From Thermodesulfobacteriota bacterium (lineage in GTDB: Bacteria > Desulfobacterota > Desulfomonilia > UBA1062), in the NCBI GenBank assembly GCA_036825155.1, contig DAISYU010000005.1:2488-66487 (forward strand): 64,000 bases of DNA. The letters are read 5' to 3'. The notes under the pieces are model-generated. The model worked only from the letters and a program-made list of their open reading frames with translations. It did not search any database and was not told the origin of the DNA. This document shows positions 28,168 through 37,521 of the stretch, piece by piece. How positions within the stretch are numbered: the first letter of the stretch is position 1; each line of letters opens with the position of its first letter. Made by a program: the position numbers and the translations under genes.

Positions 28168-29211
28168 TTAGACATCCCCTTCTGGATTCTTAAGATGCAG
28201 GGTCCTTATGGGGAAGGGGATCTCGATATTTTCTGCGGCATATCTCTTGTGAAGCCTCTTGATGAACTCGTGTTTCAACAGATACATGTTCACCACTTCG
28301 CCTGCACGCATGATGACCGTGAAATCGATGCTGAAATCATTGAACGTGTGGAATCGTATGAGGGGTTCATATGAGGTGATCCCTGCAATATCCCTCATCG
28401 TTTCCCGGGCTACGTCCAGGGTTACCTCCTCCACCCGGTCCAGATCGCTGGCGTAACTTACGCCGACCTGAACCCGCACGGCAATCTCCTTTTGCGGGAG
28501 ATAGTAGTTCGTGATCACGGTCTCGGCAAGCTTTGAGTTGGGGATGAGCACTGTATTATTTGAAAAGGTCTGTATGCTCGTATTCCTCCAGGTTATATCG
28601 ATCACATACCCTTCGTCTCCGCTTTCGAGCTTCACAAAGTCTCCCGGTTTGAGCTGCCTTGATGCAATGATCTGGATCCCGGAGAAGAGATTGGCGAGCG
28701 TTCCCTGCAGGGCCAGTGCCACGGCAATGCCGCCCACACCCAGTGTGGTGAGTACCGGGGCAATGGAGATATTGAGCGACTGCAGGATCATCAGAATGCC
28801 GACAATCACGATAACCCACCTGGTAAAGCTCACCAGCAGTGATGTGGAGTGGGCTTCATCATTGACTTTTCCCAGATACGCCCGTATCATTTCAGAACAC
28901 ACCGTTGAGATGATCCAGGTGACTGTGGCGATAAGTGCAATGACCAGCGTCTTTTCGATGTAACCCCGGATTGCCGGGGCAATCTTCAGGAAATGATACG
29001 CAAGATAAAGACCCGCCAGGAGAGCCCAGGGGATGATCACCTTCGTAAGTGCCCCCACAACGATATCGTCCCACTTCCAGGATGTCCGCTGCGCAATTAC
29101 GTGGAGTGATGATATGATCCATCTTCGAACAATAAGACCGATAATCCAGGAGACTCCGACTATCGCCGCAAAGATGATAAGGCCCTGTAATGTCTCTGTT
29201 TCAATATGCAT
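28168..29211 (-). CDS. Small-conductance mechanosensitive channel (MscS family)
   Basis: Three or more TM helices followed by the MscS beta-domain (GDFVKLESGDEGYVIDITWRNTSI). Start trimmed to MHIETET at 29211, which has a GGAG ribosome-binding site. Confidence 0.85.
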   Translation of the reverse strand: MHIETETLQGLIIFAAIVGVSWIIGLIVRRWIISSLHVIAQRTSWKWDDIVVGALTKVIIPWALLAGLYLAYHFLKIAPAIRGYIEKTLVIALIATVTWIISTVCSEMIRAYLGKVNDEAHSTSLLVSFTRWVIVIVGILMILQSLNISIAPVLTTLGVGGIAVALALQGTLANLFSGIQIIASRQLKPGDFVKLESGDEGYVIDITWRNTSIQTFSNNTVLIPNSKLAETVITNYYLPQKEIAVRVQVGVSYASDLDRVEEVTLDVARETMRDIAGITSYEPLIRFHTFNDFSIDFTVIMRAGEVVNMYLLKHEFIKRLHKRYAAENIEIPFPIRTLHLKNPEGDV

Positions 29212-29346
29212 AGGATCTCCCTGTACTGCACTATCACAGAACTTGGACTGTTGCAAAGAATTTCCTGGGTAGTAATACGGTATTACAAAAAGCATAATAT
29301 AAGTAAAATCAAATGGTTGTTGCCCTTAAAAAAAAAGCATCTTTTC

Positions 29347-29376
29347 TTGACAGTCTTGGAGCAAGGATGTTATGAA
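29347..29376 (+). promoter_or_regulatory. Candidate sigma-70 promoter for the por-nuoEFG-like operon
   Basis: TTGACA at 29347-29352, an 18-nt spacer and TATGAA at 29371-29376, about 30 nt upstream of porG. Confidence 0.3.
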
Positions 29377-29406
29377 TCACCATTCAGAATTATGCGAGGA
29401 GCACAT

Positions 29407-29958
29407 ATGTTGGAGATCAGATTGCATGGAAGAGGCGGACAGGGAGCGGTCACCTCGGCAGAGCTTGTGGCGATTGCAGCCATAAACAAGGGTAATTTCG
29501 CTCAGGCTTTTCCCAGTTTCGGCCCCGAGCGACGGGGTGCACCGGTGGTTGCCTTCTGCAGAGTAGATGACAAGAAGATCAATATCAGGGCAAAGGTATA
29601 CCATCCTGATGTTGTAATCGTCCTGGACCCCGGACTCCTGACCCTTCTCGATCCCACCGAAGGGATGAGTGATGATGGGATCCTTATACTGAACACGAAG
29701 AAGGCCCCGGAGGATATCGATGCCCTGTCCGGGAAGTCTGTGCGTGTGGCAACCGTGGATGCTAACACGATCGCGATGGAGGAGTTGGGAAGACCCATCG
29801 TAAACACGACCATGTTGGGGGCCTTTATCAAGGCCACGGGGCTGATTGATATCGAGGATATCCAGGAACCACTGATGGAACGGTTCGGATCCAAACTCGG
29901 TTCCCGGAACATGAAGGCCCTGCAGCGGGCGTATGAAGAGGTTTCCCTTAAGGAGTAG
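29407..29958 (+). CDS. porG: Pyruvate/2-oxoacid:ferredoxin oxidoreductase gamma subunit
   Basis: MLEIRLHGRGGQGAVTSAELVAIAA matches the gamma-subunit N-terminus. A GAGGAG ribosome-binding site lies upstream. Confidence 0.9.
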   Translation: MLEIRLHGRGGQGAVTSAELVAIAAINKGNFAQAFPSFGPERRGAPVVAFCRVDDKKINIRAKVYHPDVVIVLDPGLLTLLDPTEGMSDDGILILNTKKAPEDIDALSGKSVRVATVDANTIAMEELGRPIVNTTMLGAFIKATGLIDIEDIQEPLMERFGSKLGSRNMKALQRAYEEVSLKE

Positions 29959-29962
29959 AACC

Positions 29963-30256
29963 ATGGCAAAACCAATGGAACAGATAAAATGGCAGGAATT
30001 GGAACCAGGGTCCGTTGTGGTGGAAGTCGGCAATGCCCTGGAGTACGAGACAGGTACCTGGCGATCGGAAAAACCTGTCGTCAATAAAGACCAGTGCATC
30101 AAGTGCGGGGTATGCTGGCTGTTCTGTCCGGACGGATGTATCGTGAAAGCGCCGGAAGGACATTTTGAGGCGAACCTTCTCTACTGCAAGGGATGCGCAA
30201 TTTGTGCGAAAGAATGTCCGGTCGGATGTATCACCATGGTCAGCGAGGAGGAATAA
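29963..30256 (+). CDS. porD: Pyruvate:ferredoxin oxidoreductase delta subunit (2x[4Fe-4S] ferredoxin)
   Basis: Two CxxCxxCxxxCP motifs: CIKCGVCWLFCP and CKGCAICAKECP. About 98 aa. Confidence 0.9.
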   Translation: MAKPMEQIKWQELEPGSVVVEVGNALEYETGTWRSEKPVVNKDQCIKCGVCWLFCPDGCIVKAPEGHFEANLLYCKGCAICAKECPVGCITMVSEEE

Positions 30257-30259
30257 CAG

Positions 30260-31438
30260 ATGGCTAAGGTAAGAAAAGGTATAGAAGTCTCCATAGCCAT
30301 GGCGGACGCTGTTGCGCAGGCGAATGTGGATGTCATAGGAGCCTATCCCATTACGCCGCAGACCCATATCGTTGAGCATCTCTCCGAGATCGTGGCTAAT
30401 GGTGAGCTCGATGCCGAGTTCGTCCCGGTGGACAGCGAGCATTCGGCAATGAGCGTGTGCTGCGGTTCTGCAGCGGTAGGGGCGAGGACATTCACATCCA
30501 CGAGTTCTCAGGGGCTTGCCCTGATGGCTGAGATATTCTACATTGCCGCGGCCATGAGGCTTCCCATAGTGATGGCGCTGGCAAACAGGTCTCTTTCCGG
30601 CCCGTTGTCCATCTGGAACGATCACACCGATACCATGATGGTGCGGGACGCCGGATGGATACATATCTTCGTGGAGAACGGACAGGAATCGTACGACAAC
30701 ATATTCACGGCATTCAGGATCGCTGAAGACGCTGGCGTCATGCTTCCGGTGGCGGTGAATTTTGACGGATTCATCCTCACCCATATGATCGAGCCTATTG
30801 AATACGAAGATAATGAAACCATCGCGAAGTACCTCCCGCCTTTCAAGATGAAGAATACTCTGCATCCGGATAATCCGGTCTCCATGGGTTGTTTCGGGAT
30901 GCCCGAGATCTATACAGAGGCCCAGATGCAGCGGGAGAACAGTATTCGCAGCGCCTACCCCACGATACTCAAGGCATGGGAAGAATGGGGCAAACTCACG
31001 GGAAGATACTATCATCCCGTCGAGACCTACCGGGTTGAAGATGCCGACTACTGCATCGTCACCATGGGGTCCTACGGTGAAACAGCCATGGAGGTCGTCG
31101 ATTCCTTAAGACAAGAGGGAGAGAAGGTGGGGGTTGTGAAGATCCGCCTCTGGAGGCCGTTCCCCGTAGATGAGTTCTGCAAGGTGGTCCTCGGAAAGGA
31201 ATCCCTGATCGTCATAGACAGGGCAATCAGCTTCGGCGGACCGGGTGGTCCTGTAGCCTCGGAATTGCGGTCTGCCCTGTATAAGAAAGAGGGTGCACCG
31301 GTAATTGTGAACACCGTTGCCGGACTGGCAGGAAGAGACGTGTCCCGCAATGATTTCAGAAATATTATCTTGGATGGCAAGGCCAGGGCGCAAAAGGGTG
31401 AGACCGAAGGGTTTACCCTCTATGGCCTGAGAGGATAA
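30260..31438 (+). CDS. porA: Pyruvate:ferredoxin oxidoreductase alpha subunit
   Basis: 392 aa. N-terminus MAKVRKGIEVSIAMADAVAQANVDVIGAYPITPQT is typical of POR/KOR alpha subunits. Confidence 0.9.
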   Translation: MAKVRKGIEVSIAMADAVAQANVDVIGAYPITPQTHIVEHLSEIVANGELDAEFVPVDSEHSAMSVCCGSAAVGARTFTSTSSQGLALMAEIFYIAAAMRLPIVMALANRSLSGPLSIWNDHTDTMMVRDAGWIHIFVENGQESYDNIFTAFRIAEDAGVMLPVAVNFDGFILTHMIEPIEYEDNETIAKYLPPFKMKNTLHPDNPVSMGCFGMPEIYTEAQMQRENSIRSAYPTILKAWEEWGKLTGRYYHPVETYRVEDADYCIVTMGSYGETAMEVVDSLRQEGEKVGVVKIRLWRPFPVDEFCKVVLGKESLIVIDRAISFGGPGGPVASELRSALYKKEGAPVIVNTVAGLAGRDVSRNDFRNIILDGKARAQKGETEGFTLYGLRG

Positions 31439-31448
31439 GGAGTACGTT

Positions 31449-32378
31449 ATGGATAGATTCTCGGTTTTTTCTTCAAGACTTGTTGATAAGTCAGAGAATT
31501 TCACCTCAGGTCACAGGGCCTGTCAGGGATGTGCCGAGGCCCTGGCGGTGCGGCACGTGATGAAAGCGCTGGGCAGGGACACAATTGTCGCCATGTCCAC
31601 GGGGTGCATGGAGATCATCTCCTCGCCGCTGCCGCTGACCGCATGGAAGGTGCCGTGGATTCACAATGCCTTTGAGAATTCCGCCGCCGTTATCTCCGGG
31701 TGTGAGGCCGGGATGAAGGCCATGATGAGGAAAGGCAAAGTCCCCCAAAAGAAGATCAACTTCGTGGCCATGGGCGGCGATGGCGCGACCGCCGATATTG
31801 GAATGGGGCCTCTGTCCGGTGCCCTGGAGCGCGGACATGACATGGTCTATATCTGCTATGATAACGAAGCGTATATGAATACGGGTATTCAGCGTTCCAG
31901 TTCCACTCCGTACGGTGCGAGCACCACAACATCGCCTGCAGGCAGGGTCAGTATCGGCCAGACAACCCAGAAGAAGAACATGCCTCAGATCGCCGTGGCA
32001 CACAACATTCCCTACGTGGCAACCGCGTGTCCGAGTTTCCCCTTTGATCTGATCGACAAGGTCAAAAAGGCGGCCGAGATGCCCGGTGCTGCATATGTTC
32101 ATATCCTGTCCGTCTGTCCGACCGGGTGGCGGATACAGCCCCAGGATGCAATCAAATACGGCAGATTGGCCGTAGATTCCTGTGTATTTCCTCTCTATGA
32201 GGTTGTGAACGGAAAATACCGGGCCACCTATACTCCGTACCAGAAATTACCGGTAACGGAGTACCTCAAGGGTCAGGGCAGATTCCGACATCTCACAGAC
32301 AAGGAGATCGAGCAGATACAGGCAAAGGTTGATAGCGATTATCAAAAGATTCTGAAGAGATGTGAAGAGGACAGGTAA
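31449..32378 (+). CDS. porB: Pyruvate:ferredoxin oxidoreductase beta subunit (TPP-binding)
   Basis: CQGCAE cluster-binding N-terminus and a GDG TPP motif (AMGGDGATADIG). 309 aa. Confidence 0.9.
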   Translation: MDRFSVFSSRLVDKSENFTSGHRACQGCAEALAVRHVMKALGRDTIVAMSTGCMEIISSPLPLTAWKVPWIHNAFENSAAVISGCEAGMKAMMRKGKVPQKKINFVAMGGDGATADIGMGPLSGALERGHDMVYICYDNEAYMNTGIQRSSSTPYGASTTTSPAGRVSIGQTTQKKNMPQIAVAHNIPYVATACPSFPFDLIDKVKKAAEMPGAAYVHILSVCPTGWRIQPQDAIKYGRLAVDSCVFPLYEVVNGKYRATYTPYQKLPVTEYLKGQGRFRHLTDKEIEQIQAKVDSDYQKILKRCEEDR

Positions 32379-32379
32379 G

Positions 32380-32841
32380 ATGGCAGTAGACAGAAAAAAG
32401 ATTGATAAGATCATATCGGGCTATGAGAAGTCGGAGGAATCCCTGCTTGCGATACTGCAGGATTTCCAGAAGGAGTTCAGCTATGTTCCTGAAGAAGGTA
32501 TGGAGAAGCTGAGCGAGGTCTTGGGCGTCCCTGCGAGCAAGATCTATGCGATGGGGACCTTCTACAAGGCCCTTTCCCTGGTACCTACGGGCAAACATAT
32601 ATGCAAGGTGTGCACCGGGACGGCATGTCATTTAAAGGGGGCCTCCAACCTGGCGGACGTTATCGGGAGGGATCTGAAGGTAAAGCCTGGTGAGACTACC
32701 AAAGACGGGAGGTTTACCCTTCAGACGGTGAACTGTGTGGGGGCATGTGCTCTAGCCCCTGTTGTAGTGGTGGATGATGAAGACTATTATGAGGGATCTT
32801 CTCCCCAGAACGTTGTCAAGAATCTCAAGAAGTATAAATAA
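32380..32841 (+). CDS. NuoE/HoxE-like [2Fe-2S] thioredoxin-fold subunit of an NAD(P)H dehydrogenase module
   Basis: Cys pattern C-x4-C ... C-x3-C (CKVCTGTACH ... CVGAC) in a NuoE-like fold. About 153 aa. There is a 2-nt gap after porB. Confidence 0.85.
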   Translation: MAVDRKKIDKIISGYEKSEESLLAILQDFQKEFSYVPEEGMEKLSEVLGVPASKIYAMGTFYKALSLVPTGKHICKVCTGTACHLKGASNLADVIGRDLKVKPGETTKDGRFTLQTVNCVGACALAPVVVVDDEDYYEGSSPQNVVKNLKKYK

Positions 32842-32856
32842 GGATTGGGAAGGTTG

Positions 32857-34722
32857 ATGATCATGGAGACCAGGAAGATACAATCAGTTGAGGAGTTCAA
32901 CGAGTACAGGACGAAGATTCTTGATACCGGGAAGGACGGATACCCGGTGATATACGTGTGCGGGGGCACTCCCTGTCTTGCCAAGGGCAGCAGGGAGGTG
33001 GCAAAGGCCTTCGAGAAGGAGATCGAATCCCAGAAACTTGAATGCAGGGTTGAGCTGAGCATGAAGATAACGGGCTGCCAGGGATTCTGCAGCAAGGGCC
33101 CGGTAGTTTCTTTCGGGGATAATATCGTATATCTGGAAGTAAAGCCCAAGGATGTGCCGGAGATCATCGAGAAGACGGTGAAGAACCGTGAGATCATCGA
33201 GAAGTTGGGGTACATGGATCCTACCACGAAGAAGAGATCCGCCACCTTTGACACGATACCGTTCTATGCCTATCAGAAGCAGCTGGTACTTAAGGATCTC
33301 AGGGGTATAGATCCCTGCAGGATCGAGGATTACATAGCCAAAGGCGGATACAGTGCCCTGGAGAAGGCGTTCGGCATGACTCCGGATACGATTATTGATA
33401 TGGTCGATAAATCCGGGCTCAGGGGACGCGGAGGCGGCGGATTCCCTGCGGGCAGGAAGTGGAAGTCGTGCAGGGCAATCGAGACCGATACCAGGTATGT
33501 GCTCTGCAACGGCGACGAGGGAGACCCTGGCGCCTTCATGGACAGGTCCATCATGGAGGGAAATCCTCATGCCGTGATCGAGGGCATGATCATAGGCGCA
33601 TGGGCTGTGGGCGCTCACAAAGGATACGCTTATATCAGAGATGAGTATCCGCTTGCAGTCGAGGTGATGAGGAAGGCGGTCTCCGATGCGACAGCGCTCG
33701 GTCTTCTCGGTGAAAATATACTGGGGTCCGGATTTGATTTCGAGATAAAGATCACCCGCGGCGGCGGCGCCTTTGTATGCGGCGAGTCATCGGCCCTGAT
33801 GAGGTCTGTTGAGGGAAAGGTCGGCGAACCGAGGGCAAAGTATATCCGTTCAGTGGAGAAGGGGCTCTATGAGCAGCCCACGGTACTGAATAACGTGGAG
33901 ACCTGGGCCAATGTGCCCTTTATCATCAACAACGGGGTGGATTGGTTCAGAAAGACGGGAACGGACGGGTCCCCTGGGACGAAGGTCTTTTCACTTGCCG
34001 GCAAGGCGATCAACACAGGTCTGGTGGAGGTGCCCATGGGCATTACCATCCGGGAGCTGGTGGAGAAGCTCGGCGGCGGGGTAAAAGGCGGCAAAAAGTA
34101 CAAGGCAGTGCAGACAGGCGGACCTTCGGGCGGTTGCATCCCTGAGTCCAAGTTCGATCTTCCCATTGATTTCGACAGCCTGACCGATGCGGGATCCATG
34201 ATGGGTTCGGGCGGCATCATCGTCATGGACGAGGATACGTGCATGGTGGATGTGGCCAAGTACTTCATCTCGTTCCTGGCCGAGGAGTCCTGCGGGAAGT
34301 GTGCGCCGTGCAGGGACGGGTTGCCGCGCATGCTACGGATTCTCACCGACATTACCGAGGGAAAGGGCAAGGATGGCGATATCGAGGTGCTGGAGGAGCT
34401 GTGCGACGTGCTTTCGTACGCAGCGCTGTGCGGGCTCGGGACTTCTGCCCCCAACCCTGTTCTCTCCACCATCAGGTATTTCAGAGATGAGTATGAGGCC
34501 CATATCAAAGACAAAAAATGCCCCGGCGGTGTCTGCAAGAATCTCATCACGTACCGGATCGATCCTGATGCCTGTACCGGATGTACGCTGTGCGCAAAGC
34601 AATGTCCGCAGGATTGCATAACCGGTGAGAAAAAACAGACCCATGTTATTGATCAGGATAAGTGCATCAAATGTAACGTGTGCAGGGATGTCTGCAAGTT
34701 CGATGCAGTGTTGGTTGAATAA
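32857..34722 (+). CDS. NuoF/HoxF/HndC-like NAD(P)H-binding flavoprotein subunit with extra N-terminal [2Fe-2S] and C-terminal 2x[4Fe-4S] domains
   Basis: Glycine-rich FMN/NAD(P) motifs (GRGGGGFPAGRKW) and the NuoF C-x2-C-x2-C...C 4Fe-4S site (ESCGKCAPCRDG). Two C-terminal ferredoxin motifs (CTGCTLCAKQCP, CIKCNVCRDVC). An N-terminal thioredoxin-like Cys cluster. Confidence 0.9.
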   Translation: MIMETRKIQSVEEFNEYRTKILDTGKDGYPVIYVCGGTPCLAKGSREVAKAFEKEIESQKLECRVELSMKITGCQGFCSKGPVVSFGDNIVYLEVKPKDVPEIIEKTVKNREIIEKLGYMDPTTKKRSATFDTIPFYAYQKQLVLKDLRGIDPCRIEDYIAKGGYSALEKAFGMTPDTIIDMVDKSGLRGRGGGGFPAGRKWKSCRAIETDTRYVLCNGDEGDPGAFMDRSIMEGNPHAVIEGMIIGAWAVGAHKGYAYIRDEYPLAVEVMRKAVSDATALGLLGENILGSGFDFEIKITRGGGAFVCGESSALMRSVEGKVGEPRAKYIRSVEKGLYEQPTVLNNVETWANVPFIINNGVDWFRKTGTDGSPGTKVFSLAGKAINTGLVEVPMGITIRELVEKLGGGVKGGKKYKAVQTGGPSGGCIPESKFDLPIDFDSLTDAGSMMGSGGIIVMDEDTCMVDVAKYFISFLAEESCGKCAPCRDGLPRMLRILTDITEGKGKDGDIEVLEELCDVLSYAALCGLGTSAPNPVLSTIRYFRDEYEAHIKDKKCPGGVCKNLITYRIDPDACTGCTLCAKQCPQDCITGEKKQTHVIDQDKCIKCNVCRDVCKFDAVLVE

Positions 34723-34732
34723 GGATTATGCC

Positions 34733-35461
34733 ATGGAAAAGATCAAGATAGTAATCGACGGGAAAGAGGTAGAGGCGATCAAGGATCAGTGTGTTCTTGA
34801 TGTTGCCCTGGAAAATGGCATCTACATCCCTGCGCTGTGTTACCACCCGGAGGTGGAGGCCAGCGGCGGATCATGCAGGGTCTGTCTTGTTGAGGCTCAC
34901 CAGAACGGCCGCATGCGGCTCGTGACCTCATGCAACTACCCCGCCAGGGAGGGCCTGGAGGTCAAGACAGATACCGACCTGGTAAGGCGTATCCGCAAAG
35001 GCGTGGTGGAACTCCTCTTGTCCCGTGTTCCTGACTCGGAGGTAATCAGGGCACTTGCCGTAAAAAACGGTATCGACGAACCGAGATTCTTCGTAGACGA
35101 AGGGGATAATTACCGGAACAAGTGCATCGCGTGCGGATTGTGCACCCTGGTATGTGAAGATGTGGTAGGGGTCAGTGCGATTTCCATGCAGAATCGAGGG
35201 TATGAGAAGGTCCCGGGGACGCCGTACCACAAGGATTCCCAGGCATGTATCGGGTGCGGTGCGTGTGCCTATGCATGTCCCACCGAAGCGATCTCCATGA
35301 CTGACACCGGGGATATCAGAAAGATCTGGGGCAGGGAATTCACCATGCTCAAATGCAGCGTGTGCGGCAAACCTTACATACCACAGGCCCAGGTAGACTG
35401 GATCGTGAAGACAACCGGCAAGGATCGGGCCTTTTTCGACAAATGCCCCGATCACAGGTAG
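34733..35461 (+). CDS. NuoG-N-terminal/HoxU-like iron-sulfur subunit ([2Fe-2S] plus [4Fe-4S] domains, no catalytic molybdopterin or hydrogenase domain)
   Basis: 243 aa. A 2Fe-2S ferredoxin-like N-terminus (CYHPEVEASGGSCRVC ... C), a His/Cys 4Fe-4S site and two CxxCxxCxxxCP motifs (CIACGLCTLVCE, CIGCGACAYACP). An AAGGA ribosome-binding site lies upstream. Confidence 0.8.
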   Translation: MEKIKIVIDGKEVEAIKDQCVLDVALENGIYIPALCYHPEVEASGGSCRVCLVEAHQNGRMRLVTSCNYPAREGLEVKTDTDLVRRIRKGVVELLLSRVPDSEVIRALAVKNGIDEPRFFVDEGDNYRNKCIACGLCTLVCEDVVGVSAISMQNRGYEKVPGTPYHKDSQACIGCGACAYACPTEAISMTDTGDIRKIWGREFTMLKCSVCGKPYIPQAQVDWIVKTTGKDRAFFDKCPDHR

Positions 35462-36023
35462 CCTTGATTATCCTGTGATTCAAGCCTTACTGCCGATACG
35501 ATCGGAAACCCGGAAAGTGCAGGGATGTCATCGTGCTTAAGAGAACGCGTTTGTTCTCCTAAAGGACGCGGTGTTCCCTGATCCTTTCTTCTCCGGCCTG
35601 CCGAACACCGGCTCAGAATCCCTAGAAGAGTGACGGCGGCATTGAACCGATCCGATGTTTTCTCAAGGGCTTCGGCCTTCAGGCAGGGGAGTCCACCGTG
35701 CACGGTTTTTCTCAGACAAGGGTGCTGCGCCGCGGGGCTCATCCGGGGCACGTAAGATCGGTCGTCCATGTCTGATGTCTCACAGACTGTTATGTGGGAT
35801 GAGGTTGCATGGCAATATCCTTGACAGCGGGCCATGGATGTCTTTAATGAGACTTGTGTGAATGCTGTCATGAATTTTCTTGCCAGGGCATGAGGGCAAA
35901 CGGCAGAGGCTGCAATCCCGCCTTGTCGTGCAGCACATGGCAGGCGGAGATTCGATGTAGTTGACAGGACGTGTTGATATCCGATAGCATAGATTTCCCT
36001 GTAGAGTGTAGGAGAAATAGAGC

Positions 36024-37493
36024 ATGTTAGAGTTGATATCCGGCGGGTTTAAGAAGGCCCAGGATCTGCTTCAGGGCAAGACCGTCATTCAGGAAAAACA
36101 TATCGATGAGGCCGTCAAACAGATCCGTATATCTCTGCTCGAGGCGGATGTCGAATTTCATGTCGTTAAGACCTTTATAGAAGGAGTCAAAGAAAAGGCA
36201 CTGGGAGAACTGGTTCAGACCAGGGTTTCCCATGGAGGGAAAAAACTCAGGGCATCTCCTCAGCAGCATTTCGTCAAGATCTGCTATGATGAGCTGGTGG
36301 CTCTCATGGGCCCGGTTGATACCTCCATCACCTATGGGCAACGGCCTGTGACGGCGATCATGATGGTGGGGCTCCAGGGCAGCGGAAAGACTACCTCAAC
36401 GGCAAAGCTTGCCCGGTTTATGCAGAAGCAGGGAAAGAAACCCATGCTGGTTGCTGCCGACGTATATCGTCCTGCTGCAATCGACCAGCTCAAGGTGCTT
36501 GGCGGTCGTCTCGATATGCCCGTTTTCTTTGCCTCGGGGAAGACCCCGCCGCAGATCTGCAGGGACGCTCTGGAAGCGGCACAGATAAAGGGATGCAACG
36601 TAGTACTCTTCGATACTGCAGGGCGTACCATCCTCGACGATACCCTCATGAGAGAGCTCGAAGACATCAAGGAGATAACCAATCCCGAGAACATCCTGCT
36701 CGTCGTGGATGCGATGATCGGCCAGGAGTCGGTCAATGTGGCGAGAGAGTTCGACCGCAGGCTCGATCTTTCCGGGTTTATCCTCACGAAACTCGATGGT
36801 GATGCGCGGGGAGGAGCGGCCCTTTCCATAAAAGAGGTCGCGAGAAAACCCATCAAGTTCCTCGGTATGGGAGAGTCCCTGGACCGCCTCGAGGAATTCA
36901 GGCCGGACGGTCTTGCATCCAGGATACTCGGGCATGGTGATATTGTCGGCCTGGTGAAAGACTTCGAAGAGGTTGTGGACGAGAAAAAGGCCGAGGAGGA
37001 TGCGGAGAAACTCCTCAGAGGAGATTTTACCTTCAATGATTTCCTCAAGCAGCTCAAGATAATGAAGAAAATGGGTTCGCTTACCGATATTATCGGTAAG
37101 TTACCGTTGGGGCAGCTCGGGATACCTCAAGGGGTGCAGGTTGATGACCGGGAGCTTGTACGGATAGAGGCTATTATCAATTCCATGACCAGATATGAGC
37201 GGGAAAATCCCGACTGCATGAACGACGGACGGATTTCCCGGGTTGCATCAGGCAGCGGACATCCAAAGAACAAGGTGGTTGAGCTGATCGGGAGATTCAA
37301 CACCATGAGAGGCCTCATGAAGGGCCTGGGCTCCGGAAAGAAAAAGGCCCTGGGCAGGTTGGGACTGAATCCCAATATGGCCGGTATGTTAGAAGACCAG
37401 TTGCCCAAACAGCCCAAGAGGAGCCTCGTGGATTTGAAGAAGCGCAAGAACAAGAAGAAGGCTGCAAAGAAGGCAAAAAAAAGAAATCGTTGA
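36024..37493 (+). CDS. ffh: Signal recognition particle protein Ffh
   Basis: N-domain, SRP GTPase G-domain (GLQGSGKTT, DTAGR, TKLDG) and a Met-rich M-domain with a basic C-terminal tail. Confidence 0.95.
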   Translation: MLELISGGFKKAQDLLQGKTVIQEKHIDEAVKQIRISLLEADVEFHVVKTFIEGVKEKALGELVQTRVSHGGKKLRASPQQHFVKICYDELVALMGPVDTSITYGQRPVTAIMMVGLQGSGKTTSTAKLARFMQKQGKKPMLVAADVYRPAAIDQLKVLGGRLDMPVFFASGKTPPQICRDALEAAQIKGCNVVLFDTAGRTILDDTLMRELEDIKEITNPENILLVVDAMIGQESVNVAREFDRRLDLSGFILTKLDGDARGGAALSIKEVARKPIKFLGMGESLDRLEEFRPDGLASRILGHGDIVGLVKDFEEVVDEKKAEEDAEKLLRGDFTFNDFLKQLKIMKKMGSLTDIIGKLPLGQLGIPQGVQVDDRELVRIEAIINSMTRYERENPDCMNDGRISRVASGSGHPKNKVVELIGRFNTMRGLMKGLGSGKKKALGRLGLNPNMAGMLEDQLPKQPKRSLVDLKKRKNKKKAAKKAKKRNR

Positions 37494-37521
37494 TGTTTTG
37501 CACCCTGATTGTGGGAGCGGT

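Noticed and set aside
35462-36023. 560-bp intergenic region upstream of ffh, examined for an SRP (4.5S) RNA gene or other ncRNA; also the 139-aa minus-strand ORF 35452-35871
   Set aside because: I found no match to the conserved SRP RNA domain IV motif and no convincing terminator-bounded structure. The ORF has no ribosome-binding site and a Cys/Arg-rich unlikely translation. The region does hold promoter-like TTGACA hexamers for ffh. An ncRNA cannot be excluded without a covariance-model scan.
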